Assembly: GCA_963793425.1 (NCBI GenBank) | Contig: CAWCAG010000007.1 | Location: 992,001-1,056,000, forward strand | Direction of reading: 5' to 3' | Length of the DNA stretch: 64,000 nt | Source of the DNA: an uncultured cyanobacterium | Lineage (GTDB): Bacteria > Cyanobacteriota > Cyanobacteriia > Cyanobacteriales > CAWCAG01 | Shown: positions 1 through 9,721 of the stretch, piece after piece | Position numbering within the stretch: the first letter of the stretch is position 1 | Layout: each line of letters begins with the position of its first letter | Notes under the pieces: generated by a model | Database searches by the model: none | Told to the model about the DNA's origin: nothing | Seen by the model: only the letters and a program-made list of their open reading frames with translations | Program-made: the position numbers and the translations under genes

Positions 1-2
1 AG

Positions 3-887
3 GCTGAGGCGGAATATGGAGGCTTTTTCCAAGCTGTGGCTACAGGTATTTATGAAGATTATGGTTTAGATGTTAACATCCAAGCCACTGCCCCCCAGAC
101 TAATACGACTCAGCTTTTGGTCGGTGGATTGGCTGATTTTATGATGGGACATTCTGTTAATGCTTTAAAATCTATCCAACAAGGTATTCCCACTGTTACC
201 GTAGCGGCAATTTTTCAACAAGAATTACAGGTACTCCTTGCCCATCCTGATACAGGAGTAGAATCTCTTAAGGATCTTCGGGGTAAACCAATTTATCTGA
301 CTCCAGGGGCTAATACTACCTACTGGCCAGTGTTAAAGGAGAAATACGGCTTTGATGACAGTCAACAGCGTCCTTATAACTTTAATGTTAGTCCTTTTTT
401 ATTAGATAAAAATGCTGCCCAACAAGGAATCTTAACTTCGGAACCCTACACTATCGAAAAAGAAGGGGGCTTTAAACCAGTTATTTTACCCTTATCAGAA
501 GCCGGTTATAATCCCTATGCTTTTACTATTGAAACAACTCAAAAATTAGTCACCAAAAACCCCGATTTAGTGCAGCGTTTCGTGACAGCTTCTATTCAAG
601 GTTGGTATAGCTATTTAGAAGATCCGACACCGGGCAATGAGTTAATTAAGCAAGCCAATCCAGAAATGTCCGATGATCTTCTTGCTTACGGAGTTACCAA
701 GCTTAAAGAATATGGAATTTCCACCTCTGGGGATGCGGTTAAGCTGGGTATAGGTGCAATGAGTGACGGGCGTTGGCAAAGTTTGTTTGAGGAGTTGGTG
801 GCTGTTGGTGTTTTGGATGACAAGACAAACTATCAGGATGCTTATACCCTAGATTTTGTGAATCAGGGAGTAGAGTTTTTTTCGTAG
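3..887 (+). CDS. ABC transporter substrate-binding protein, NMT1/THI5-like (5' end outside window)
   Basis: Frame is open from position 3 (AEAEYGGFFQAVATGIY..YGLDV.I); NMT1/THI5-type motifs; PDLVQRFVTASIQGW. Confidence 0.8.
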   Translation, partial: AEAEYGGFFQAVATGIYEDYGLDVNIQATAPQTNTTQLLVGGLADFMMGHSVNALKSIQQGIPTVTVAAIFQQELQVLLAHPDTGVESLKDLRGKPIYLTPGANTTYWPVLKEKYGFDDSQQRPYNFNVSPFLLDKNAAQQGILTSEPYTIEKEGGFKPVILPLSEAGYNPYAFTIETTQKLVTKNPDLVQRFVTASIQGWYSYLEDPTPGNELIKQANPEMSDDLLAYGVTKLKEYGISTSGDAVKLGIGAMSDGRWQSLFEELVAVGVLDDKTNYQDAYTLDFVNQGVEFFS

Positions 888-892
888 TTTTC

Positions 893-1053
893 GTAGGGTG
901 TGTTAGTGCTGGCAACAATTTCGGATCAAGCAGTCAAATTTAATTCAGCACGTAACGCACCGCAAATTAATTCAAGTAGGAATTGGCGCGTTACGGCGGA
1001 TAAAGGCTTTTTGATTTAGGCACATTTATGGTATCCGCCTAACAACACCCTAC
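893..1053. repeat. REPIN-like element (two inverted GTAG-type REPs), copy 1
   Basis: GTAGGGTGTGTTAG...CGTAACGCACC then GGCGCGTTACGGCGGATA...TATCCGCCTAACAACACCCTAC; similar copies at 1682 and 1799. Confidence 0.85.
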
Positions 1054-1059
1054 CGTCAA

Positions 1060-1611
1060 TTATTCACTCGCAACATTTGACAACATCATTTTACTTTCAT
1101 CTAAACCCCAGTTAGGTGGATAAATTGCTTGGCTAATAAACCGATGAATTGTAGAAAACTGCCAATCTTGCGCTGACTTACATAGACCATGCTTAACTGG
1201 GTTGTAATGGATATAATTACAGTGCAAGGCAAAATCTTGCTCATCTCGAATCAAATGTTCCCAGAAACGGCGTTGCCAGAGGTTGCTTTCTTGCCTTTTA
1301 CGACGAGAAAGAGAAATACTTCCCTCAACAGTAATAGCTTCTTTGTAATGCTTGGTAACATAAGTTTTGATTAATCGCAGTCGCCCAAAAAAGTCATGAT
1401 CGTGGGGAGGCAAGGTTAAAAGACAATGGAAATGATCCGGTAGCAAGATAAAAGCATCAAGGGAAAACGGATGCTTTGCTTTAACCTGCAAAATTCCTTC
1501 TCGAAGAGCTTTCCTACCTACATCTTTACATAGCCAGGGATTTCTTTGATGGGTAACTTGAGTAATAAAGTAAGTTCTTCCCGGTGTTTTGAGTCTTCTG
1601 TAGTTTGGCAT
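1060..1611 (-). mobile_element. rayT: REP-associated tyrosine transposase (RAYT, Y1 HUH family)
   Basis: Likely start MPNYRR at 1611; TYFITQVT, LPDHFHCL (HUH), WQRRFWEHLIRDE, YIHYNPVKHGL; flanked by GTAG REPs. The ORF-track extension to 1707 runs into REP DNA. Confidence 0.92.
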
Positions 1612-1666
1612 TAGCTTAGAGAATTGATGCACTACTCCATCTCCGCCTGATCGTAGCATCATCGCC

Positions 1667-1674
1667 GCGATCGC
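1667..1674. repeat. HIP1 octamer GCGATCGC (one example; more than 20 copies by eye, e.g. 5644, 12106, 40083)
   Basis: Frequent palindromic octamer, a cyanobacterial hallmark. Confidence 0.9.
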
Positions 1675-1681
1675 AGAAATC

Positions 1682-1783
1682 GTAGGGTGTGTTAGTGCTG
1701 CCAACAATCTTGGGTAAATGAGTAAAATTTAATTCAGCACGTAACGCACCGCAAATTAATTTAAGCAGGAATTGGCGCGTTAC
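1682..1783. repeat. Truncated REPIN-like element, copy 2
   Basis: Left REP complete; right REP stops after GGCGCGTTAC. Confidence 0.8.
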
Positions 1784-1798
1784 CGTCTCCGTATTATT

Positions 1799-1960
1799 GT
1801 AGGGTGTGTTAGCGCTGGCAACAATCCTGGGTAAATGAGTAAAATTTAATTCAGCACGTAACGCACCACAAATTGATTCAAGTAGGAATTTGGTGCGTTA
1901 CGGCGGATAAAGTATTTTTATATTTAAGCACATTTAGATAGCCCGCCTAACACACCCTAC
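1799..1960. repeat. REPIN-like element, copy 3
   Basis: GTAGGGTGTGTTAGCGCTG...CAGCACGTAACGCACC...GGTGCGTTACGGCGGATA...CCGCCTAACACACCCTAC. Confidence 0.85.
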
Positions 1961-2007
1961 CTCGGTGTTGTCAACTATAATGAGTTGAGATTTTAAATTA
2001 CTTAACC

Positions 2008-4179
2008 ATGAAAGCCAAGGAAGTTGTTGCTAAATATGCTGAGGGAGAGAGGGATTTTCGTCGGGTTGATTTGCGGGGACAATCTTTTAAAGGAGAAAAC
2101 CTCGCAGGGGCAGATTTCCGGGGGGCAGATATTCGTGGGACTAATTTTACTGGAGCAAATCTGACTGGGGTTAATTTTCAGGAAGCTAAGGCTGGTTTGC
2201 AAAGGCGTTGGATGGTTGTGCAATTGCTGTTTTCTTTAGTTTTAGCAGCTATTTCTGGCTTTTGCTCAATATTGGCAGGAGCAATGGTTACTTTCATCTT
2301 CGACAGTAGTGATTTAGAAAATCAAATAGCAGGGTGGTTAGACTTTAACAATACTAGTTATTTTTTCAATCATTACTCCTGCGTCAAGGAACTAATGTTG
2401 CTTTAGTGCAGGCGCATGTCGTAGGTGCAGTTGCGGTCGCAGGCATATTTGCATGGTAGTCATTGCGACATTCGACGGTTGCAAATGCAGGCTTAGTTGA
2501 AGTTACAGGTTTATTCGCAGACGCAGTTGCAGTCACACTTGCCATGGTAGTAGCACTTGCAGTCGAATTTACAGGCGCACTCGCAGTTGCAGCTCGCAGT
2601 TACAGTCGTAGGCGACAGTCGTAGGTGCAGTTGCTACTCGCAAGTTGCACTCGTATTTACAGGCGCAGTTGCACTTGTGATCGTACGTGCGCACTCGCAC
2701 TCGTAGTCTACAGGCGTACTCAGTAACCACACGTCGCAGTCGCAGTCACAGGCGCATTAATTATCCTTAGTGCTTACATTGGCTGGCAAACTATCAAAGG
2801 CAACGAAAAATACACCTTAATCAAAACCATAGCTGTTGCCCTAGCTGCCACCGGAGGAACTAGCTTTCGCCAAGCCAACTTAACCGAAGCAGAATTTCAC
2901 AAAGCAACCCTGAAAAACACAGACTTTCGCAAAGCAACCTTAACCCGTACCTACTTGGAAAGATAGCCTTAAACTAGACTTCGCCAGACTAGGCAACACC
3001 TACCTCAGCCATAAAGCAATCAGAGAATTAATCTTCACCAACAACGGCTATAAAAAATCCTACCAAGGTTTGAACCTCCGAGGAATTAACCTCGCCGGAG
3101 TTAACCTCGAAGCCGCAAACCTCAAACAAGCAGACTTAGCAGAAGCCAACCTCCGCCAAGCTAATTTAAAAGATGCCAACTTAACAGAAATAAACGCCGT
3201 TGCCACAGATTTCACCAACGCTACCTTAACCGGGGCTTGTTTAGAAGCTTGGAACATTGACCATACCACCAAATTAAAAGATATCGATTGCCAGTATATT
3301 TATCTCTTGGAAAAGCCCAATAATAGAGGAAATAGGGAACGTCGCCCCCATAATTCCGATGCAGTTTTTCAACCAGGAGACTTTAGCCAACTGTTTCAAG
3401 AAGTCCTCAACGTCGTACAACTACTAATCCGCGATGGTTTGAACCCCGAAGCTTTCCAACAGGCTTTCCAAAAAATTATGCAACAACATCCCGGCATTAC
3501 TCCAGACTCGATTCAAGAAATCAAAAAGAAAGGAAAGGATGTTGTTGTTACTTTAGAAGTCCCGGAAGAAACCGACAAAGGAGTTTTAGAAAAAGATTTT
3601 CATGAAGTTTACCAATTGCGGTTAGAAGTTGCTACAAAAGATGTCTTACTACAAGAAATGAGGGATGATAAAAAACAACTATTCGGACTATTAAGTGATA
3701 AAAACAAACAGCCAATCATTAACAATATTACCAATACAGCAAAGAGTAACGCTATGAACGAAAATAACCAAGATAGCCGTCAATTAAACATCGGCGATGT
3801 AGCCGGAGACTTTAAACCCATGGGTTCCGCCCTTAACGCAGGAGATGTTACTATTAGCGGTACAGTAGCCGAAACTATCAACCAACTGCCTCCTTCTCCG
3901 GATGCAGAAAAACCCGGTATTAAAGAACTTCTCAGCCAATTAGCAATAGCTATTGAAGCAGAAAATAACCTCAATGAAGAAGAAAAACAAGAAGCCCTTG
4001 AAGAGATACAAAACCTAGCCAAAGCAGGGCAAAATCCTCAAGCAGGGAATAAGAAAAAGCTGGCGAAGAAAGCGATGACGATGTTGAAAGGTATTGCTGC
4101 TGGTGTCCCGGCTGCTGCGGGTTTAGCTAAGGCAGTTAAGGAGTTGTTACCGATGATTGGTAGTATTTTTGGCTTTTAA
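2008..4179 (+). pseudogene. Pentapeptide-repeat membrane protein, multiply frameshifted (ORF pieces 2008-2406 and 3070-4179)
   Basis: N-term YAEGERDFRRVDLRGQSF plus A(D/N)LXX repeats; degenerate Ala/Val/Gly codons at 2400-2760; GGTSFRQANLTEAEF near 2850; C-term ANLTGACLEAWNID and INQLP..KPGIKELL tail. Confidence 0.8.
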
Positions 4180-4209
4180 TAATAATCATAGGGAAAGGGG
4201 AACAGTAAA

Positions 4210-4320
4210 AGTAATAAGTAATAAGTAATAAGTCAGGACTTACGCACTCAAGCTCTGTAAACCCCTGTTCCCTGTAGCCTAACGGCAAAGCTGTTCCTCA
4301 TGAATTTGAGAACCGCTATA
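4210..4320. repeat. Cluster of short intergenic repeats: (AGTAATA)n, CAGGACTTACGCA, TAGCCTAACGGC, TCATGAATTTGAGAACCGCTA
   Basis: Tandem heptamers; two of the motifs recur in the window (10941, 41928). Confidence 0.55.
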
Positions 4321-4352
4321 TTGACTAATATTAATTAATCAATTATTGAAAA

Positions 4353-6743
4353 ATGGCCAACACATCCGGTAAGCGTACTGTCCTTAATACTAATCCTTAT
4401 ATCCTTCTTGATAACCAAGGGCCGACTCTGCCTCCGATGGAATTAACCGCAGCACAACATATATTGGGGAGAGATGCTAGTCGTGCGGATTTGGTTGCCC
4501 CAGAAAGTTGGCTGGTTATTTCTGGTTGCCATGCTTTGTTACGCAAAAAGGGAGAAGATTATTATATTTTTGATGGAGACGGGGAAACTCCTAGTACCAA
4601 CGGTTTGTTTATTAACCACACTCGCATCACTACTACTGATGGTTATCGCCTCGAAAATGGTACGCAAATTCAAATTGGTCAAGACCCCAAAAACTGGATA
4701 TTCTTACATTTTTACGATCCGAATAGTCCTAAAGCAGCTAACCCGCCCAACCAAAGTTCCCTTGCTTTAAAGAGTCGTTCCGTGGTTTTGGGCAGAGATC
4801 CTGATGCTAACTTACAGTTGGATGCACCCACGGTTTCTCGCCGTCATGCTGTTGTTGATGGTAATGGCCGAGGGCGTTATCTTATCAAAGACTATAGTAC
4901 TAACGGAGTTTTTGTCAACGGGCAAAAAGTGAAGGGTTCAGCACAACTTTCTCCCGGCGCAACTATCCGTATTGGCCCCTATAGTTTGGTGCTGAAAGAA
5001 GATGAGTTATTGCTTACGGATAAAGGGGATCGCATTCGCTTAGATGCCTATCATGTGATACGAGAAGTTAGGGATAAACAAGGACAAGTACGCCAGCTTT
5101 TGGCTAATATTTCCCTTCCTATTGAACCAGGACAGTTTGTGGCGTTAGTAGGGGGTAGTGGGGCAGGAAAATCTACTTTGATGCGGACTCTTTTGGGAGT
5201 TGACCCCACCACTAAAGGCAGAGTTTACCTAAATGGGGAAGATTTGCGAGATAACTTTAATATTTATCGCAGTCAAATTGGTTATGTTCCCCAAGATGAT
5301 ATTGTCCACCGTCAACTTAAGGTAGAAGAAGTTCTTAGCTATGCGGCGCAATTACGTCTGCCTCCTGATACTGATGTGCAAGAAGTTGTGGAGAAGACTT
5401 TGCAGCAAATTGAAATGTCCCATCGCCGGGATGTTTTGGTGAGTCAGTTAAGTGGAGGGCAAAGGAAGCGAGTTAGTATTGGGGTGGAACTTCTTGCCGA
5501 TCCGAAACTCTTTTTCTTAGATGAACCTACCTCTGGTTTAGATCCGGGGTTGGATAAAAAGATGATGCAATTGTTACGCAAGCTTGCGGATCAAGGCAGA
5601 ACAATTATCCTCGTCACCCATGCTACTACGAATATAACTTTATGCGATCGCCTTGTCTTTTTGGGTCAAGGAGGAAAACTTTGTTATTATGGCCCTCCCC
5701 AGGAAGCAACTAAGTTTTTTAGTGTTGATAGTGATGATTTTGCTGAGATTTATAACCGCTTAGAAAATCCTCAAAATGTGATTAAGGAAGCTAGTAAGTT
5801 TCGTCGTTCCAACTATCACCAAAACTATATTTCTAAACGCCTTACTAAAGAAAGTCAGGTGACAAAAGGAAGTCCACCGAAAAAAGCTCGTTCTTCTAGC
5901 TTAAAGCAATTAATTTTGTTAACGAAACGCTATTTTAAATTAATCAGCCGCGATCGCATTAATTTAGGTTTAGCTTTATTAACTGCACCTATCGGTATTA
6001 GTTTAATTACCTTAGCAATTCAAGATAAAAACCCTTTAGTTTTAGGTACAGAAGATGACCCCAGCCTCGCACCTTTAGCACTGCGTGTTCTCTTCGTTTT
6101 CACCTGTGCAGCCATGTGGGTAGGATTATCCACTTCTTTACAAGAAGTTGTTAAAGAAGCAGCTATTTATGCCAGAGAAAGATTAGTTAACTTGGCTTTA
6201 TTAGCCTATTTTGGTTCTAAAACTTTAATTTTGGGGGGAGTGGCTGCCCTACAAACTTTATTAATAACCATAGTTATTCTGATTGGTTTCCAGTCACCAG
6301 ATCCAGAATTTATTGCTTGGCCACTTGGTTTAGCTATCACCACTTTCTTAACTCTATTTACCTGTATTAGTTTAGGGTTAATGGTTTCTACTACGGTAAA
6401 AAACAGTTCTCAAGCTAACAATGCCCTGCCCCTACTTTTGTTACCGCAAATCATCTTCTCTGGGGTACTTTTCAAGATGACAGGTATTGGTAGTAAAATA
6501 TCTTGGTTAATGCTAAGTCGTTGGTCTGTGGGGGCTTACGGAAGTTTAGTTGACGTTAATGCTATGGTTCCCGAAGCGACAAAACTTCCTGATGGTAGCT
6601 TTATTACACCCCCTTTTGAACCGACGACAGTTTATGATCCAAGTTGGGAAAATCTCGCTTTAAATTGGTTTATTCTGATCTTACACGCAGGTTTTTATTT
6701 AACAGTTGCTTGGTGGGTACAAAAAAATAAGGATGTTTTTTAA
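4353..6743 (+). CDS. FHA-FHA-ABC transporter ATP-binding/permease fusion (Rv1747-like architecture)
   Basis: Two FHA motifs (LGRD..STNG), Walker A GGSGAGKST, LSGGQRKR, LDEPTSGLD, C-terminal ABC2 membrane domain. Confidence 0.9.
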   Translation: MANTSGKRTVLNTNPYILLDNQGPTLPPMELTAAQHILGRDASRADLVAPESWLVISGCHALLRKKGEDYYIFDGDGETPSTNGLFINHTRITTTDGYRLENGTQIQIGQDPKNWIFLHFYDPNSPKAANPPNQSSLALKSRSVVLGRDPDANLQLDAPTVSRRHAVVDGNGRGRYLIKDYSTNGVFVNGQKVKGSAQLSPGATIRIGPYSLVLKEDELLLTDKGDRIRLDAYHVIREVRDKQGQVRQLLANISLPIEPGQFVALVGGSGAGKSTLMRTLLGVDPTTKGRVYLNGEDLRDNFNIYRSQIGYVPQDDIVHRQLKVEEVLSYAAQLRLPPDTDVQEVVEKTLQQIEMSHRRDVLVSQLSGGQRKRVSIGVELLADPKLFFLDEPTSGLDPGLDKKMMQLLRKLADQGRTIILVTHATTNITLCDRLVFLGQGGKLCYYGPPQEATKFFSVDSDDFAEIYNRLENPQNVIKEASKFRRSNYHQNYISKRLTKESQVTKGSPPKKARSSSLKQLILLTKRYFKLISRDRINLGLALLTAPIGISLITLAIQDKNPLVLGTEDDPSLAPLALRVLFVFTCAAMWVGLSTSLQEVVKEAAIYARERLVNLALLAYFGSKTLILGGVAALQTLLITIVILIGFQSPDPEFIAWPLGLAITTFLTLFTCISLGLMVSTTVKNSSQANNALPLLLLPQIIFSGVLFKMTGIGSKISWLMLSRWSVGAYGSLVDVNAMVPEATKLPDGSFITPPFEPTTVYDPSWENLALNWFILILHAGFYLTVAWWVQKNKDVF

Positions 6744-6881
6744 TACAGCAGCGTGAAGTACAGCCTGGATTCTGGCTTTTGCTAATAGCTAGTGGCTAAT
6801 AGAAGCGTGGAAATAGGGAAATGTACCCAATGTATCTCAGCAGCTTGATAATTGCTATAGTAGAAAGGTTCTCAACAGCAA

Positions 6882-7241
6882 TCATTTAATAATTTTCCTA
6901 ACCACAAGCCCAATTAAGAGTGCTAATAGCCCATAGGTTCCAAATAAAATTAGCAGAGATAGACTCATAACTGGAATAGCGAAAACAGGATTGGTAAACT
7001 CTTGATCAGAATCTAAGATATTTTTATATTCAATTACTTCATCTAGACAAGCTTCTTGAGAACACTTTTCTAAAGAAATTGCCTCAGACCGTTTAAGGCG
7101 GCTTGCCACATCTTGCGACATAAAATATCCTGCTGCACAACCCAAAAGTATTAGTAAGATGATTTTAGAAATTACTGCACTACTAGTAGTTTGTTCAAGT
7201 TTGAGAGTGGTTCCTCTTCCGGAACCATCATCTTGTTCCAT
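6882..7241 (-). CDS. Hypothetical two-TM membrane protein
   Basis: 119-aa ORF with two hydrophobic segments. Confidence 0.6.
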   Translation of the reverse strand: MEQDDGSGRGTTLKLEQTTSSAVISKIILLILLGCAAGYFMSQDVASRLKRSEAISLEKCSQEACLDEVIEYKNILDSDQEFTNPVFAIPVMSLSLLILFGTYGLLALLIGLVVRKIIK

Positions 7242-7311
7242 ATACTTATATCCCTAATTAAAGTTATAGAAAAGTGTCTTTCATTTTAACAGTAGAGACA
7301 AAACAAAATCA

Positions 7312-7815
7312 TTAATTAATGATAACCATCTTTTCACATCTTTCCTTTAAAGCCTGATTGTAATTAAGATAGCCTTGATAGCTAACACAATAAACCCCTC
7401 GCCAAGCTAAATAAGGAATAAGCAACCCAGAATTTTCATGTATTTGCATAAATCGAGTTTGTTGTTTGCTAATTGCTTCAAAGATAAATGAGTGGCAAAC
7501 AGCGAAAAGAAATTTTGCTCCAAAATGTCCTTGCCAAACAAAAGAATTAGGTCTATCAATGGTTAAAAGATCGGCATTAAGCCAATGTTGCCCAAACTGC
7601 TTGAGGTTTTCTAAAAAGCAAATTGTTTCTCCAACTTGGAACTTACCATGGATCTTAAGTACAAAGGGATTCCAATCTGAATAAGCTGCAAAGTCAGTGA
7701 CTTGTTCCCAGACAAGCTGCTGCGGGGCATTGATGACAATTTCCGTTTTCCATCCTTTCATTAAGGACATTCTTGGTGGGATGTCTGTACTCTTTGAAGT
7801 CTGAAGCATTGGCAT
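7312..7815 (-). CDS. SRPBCC/polyketide cyclase-family protein
   Basis: TEIVINAP..LVWEQVTDFAAYSDWNPF; HSFIFE..TRF.Q.HE.SGLL. Confidence 0.8.
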   Translation of the reverse strand: MPMLQTSKSTDIPPRMSLMKGWKTEIVINAPQQLVWEQVTDFAAYSDWNPFVLKIHGKFQVGETICFLENLKQFGQHWLNADLLTIDRPNSFVWQGHFGAKFLFAVCHSFIFEAISKQQTRFMQIHENSGLLIPYLAWRGVYCVSYQGYLNYNQALKERCEKMVIIN

Positions 7816-8094
7816 TGATAAAATCCTCTATTAATTACTAAAATAAAAAGTAATCGGGAAGAACTAGAGAAAAATCACCCAATAATTTTGTTTTTGAGAT
7901 GCAAGAATGATTGAAAAAGCAAATAAACTACACATCGAAGCGAACAATATGTGTTTTATAGCTAATTCTTGTAATTTTAAAATTGGACACAATCCTCAAA
8001 CAACAGCGGCATAAAAGCTGCTGGCAAAAATCGCTTTAAGTATCCAATTAGAGAACTCCAATAAATAAAATATCCTCACAAAGTAGAAGATTTT

Positions 8095-8132
8095 AGCAAC
8101 TAGCAACTAGCCATTAGCAACTAGCAACTAGC
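8095..8132. repeat. Short tandem heptamer repeat (TAGCAAC/TAGCCAT)
   Basis: Tandem 7-mers visible. Confidence 0.75.
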
Positions 8133-8191
8133 CCACTTAATTTCATTTTAGATTTGCAAATAATTTGGGCTTAACCCCCAGAAAAATAAAA

Positions 8192-9598
8192 CTACTGCCA
8201 AGCTTGAAAAATCTCTTCAATTCTGGCGATCGCCTCCTTCGTAGCTTCTTCAATAGAAACCCCATCAACCAAAATACGCTTCAAGGCAACTCCCCAAACA
8301 TTTTCATTTACCAAAGCGCTATAAGCAGGATTGCGGGCAGAATTTAGCAAATGAGTTTTTCCTGTTAAGATCGTTTTTGCTGCCCCAGAGATATGAGGAT
8401 CTTGAGGATCTTGCCAAAAAGGATCTTGCCTCGCTGCTGCCATAACTGGAAGATAGCGCCCTCCGGAAGCCTGGAGATACTCTTCTATAGTTTCCGGTTG
8501 GATTAAATAACTTAGAAAGTCCTTTGCTAGTTTTTGATTTTTACCTTTAGCAAAAATAAACGCCTGTCGTACAGCAGTTATGTGGCTAATAGCCTTACCG
8601 TTAGGCTGAAGGGGAAACTCCAAAATACCGATTTTATTAACATAGGTTTCTCTATCTTGGCGCAAGGCAACAGGGATAGAAAGGGTAGGGTTAGGAGTCA
8701 TAACTACCACCCGATTTAAGAAGTTGCGGTTATTATCTGGATCTAACCATTGCAAGGCTTGGGGTGGTATGTAACCCTGTTGGTAAAACTGAACATACCA
8801 TTTTAAAATATTGGTAATACCTTGGCGTACTTCTGGTTGATTAACCAAAAGTTCCCCAGACTCGTTCATAATCTTGAGATCATAAGCTTCTAATATTTGT
8901 TCAAATAAATAATAAGTATCAGAAGCAGCAATGGATAGAGGTAAACCTAAACCAAAAACATCTTGGTATTTATCTCCTGGTAAACTACGTAGCTTGTCTT
9001 GTACTTGGAGCCAAAATGCCCAGAAATCATCCCAATCTTGGGGAATATCTTCAAGCTTAAACCCCGCTTCTGCTAACAAATCTTGCCAGTAAAAAATATG
9101 AATAGTCGCCTGATGCAAAGGGACAGTATAGTAGCTACGTTTATCCTCAACTTTGTTATATAAATAAGCTGCTTCTAAAGCTACAGGGGCATATAAATCC
9201 TTAACGGGTTCAATAACCTCAGAAACATCTCCTAATATACCTTCCCAAGCTAGCAAAGGATACTCGGCACGGCTAGAAAAAAGCACATCTGGGGGCTTCC
9301 CTGAATGATCGGCGCGATTGGCTTTTTGAGCAATTTCATCAGCATTGTAGAAAGAAACATCAGCTTTCTGCCCGCTTTTTTGCTCCCAACCTTTAATAAC
9401 TTGCTGTATAGCTTCATCTTCTTCTAGGACATAACCTTTATCCCACCAAATATTAAGTACAGTATTTTCAGGAGGAGATTCGACTACAGAGACAGAAGAC
9501 TCTTTTTGGCAAGCGAAAGTTATCAAGTTGAGGAAAAGAACAAAGTTAAAGATTAGTAAGAAGGTAACAACTCTTCTGAATCTTTTTGAGTTAATCAT
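8192..9598 (-). CDS. Extracellular solute-binding protein (sugar ABC type, family 1)
   Basis: Signal/lipoprotein-like N-terminus; IWWDKGY..EED, IPQDWDDFW, AKDFLSYL. Confidence 0.8.
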   Translation of the reverse strand: MINSKRFRRVVTFLLIFNFVLFLNLITFACQKESSVSVVESPPENTVLNIWWDKGYVLEEDEAIQQVIKGWEQKSGQKADVSFYNADEIAQKANRADHSGKPPDVLFSSRAEYPLLAWEGILGDVSEVIEPVKDLYAPVALEAAYLYNKVEDKRSYYTVPLHQATIHIFYWQDLLAEAGFKLEDIPQDWDDFWAFWLQVQDKLRSLPGDKYQDVFGLGLPLSIAASDTYYLFEQILEAYDLKIMNESGELLVNQPEVRQGITNILKWYVQFYQQGYIPPQALQWLDPDNNRNFLNRVVVMTPNPTLSIPVALRQDRETYVNKIGILEFPLQPNGKAISHITAVRQAFIFAKGKNQKLAKDFLSYLIQPETIEEYLQASGGRYLPVMAAARQDPFWQDPQDPHISGAAKTILTGKTHLLNSARNPAYSALVNENVWGVALKRILVDGVSIEEATKEAIARIEEIFQAWQ

Positions 9599-9721
9599 GA
9601 TGCCCTGTTGTTTAGCTAATACTGGCGGACGTAACAGTTAATTACACGACAACAAAGCCATTGTACCTGTCTTTCTCCAACATTCTTGTTATCCTGAGAT
9701 TATAGTTTCCCGGCTTTAACC

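Noticed and set aside
1612..1707. N-terminal extension of the RAYT ORF
   Set aside because: Runs into REP DNA; the family-typical start is MPNYRR at 1611
893..1960. CRISPR array
   Set aside because: Units are inverted-repeat REPINs with similar rather than unique spacers; no cas genes
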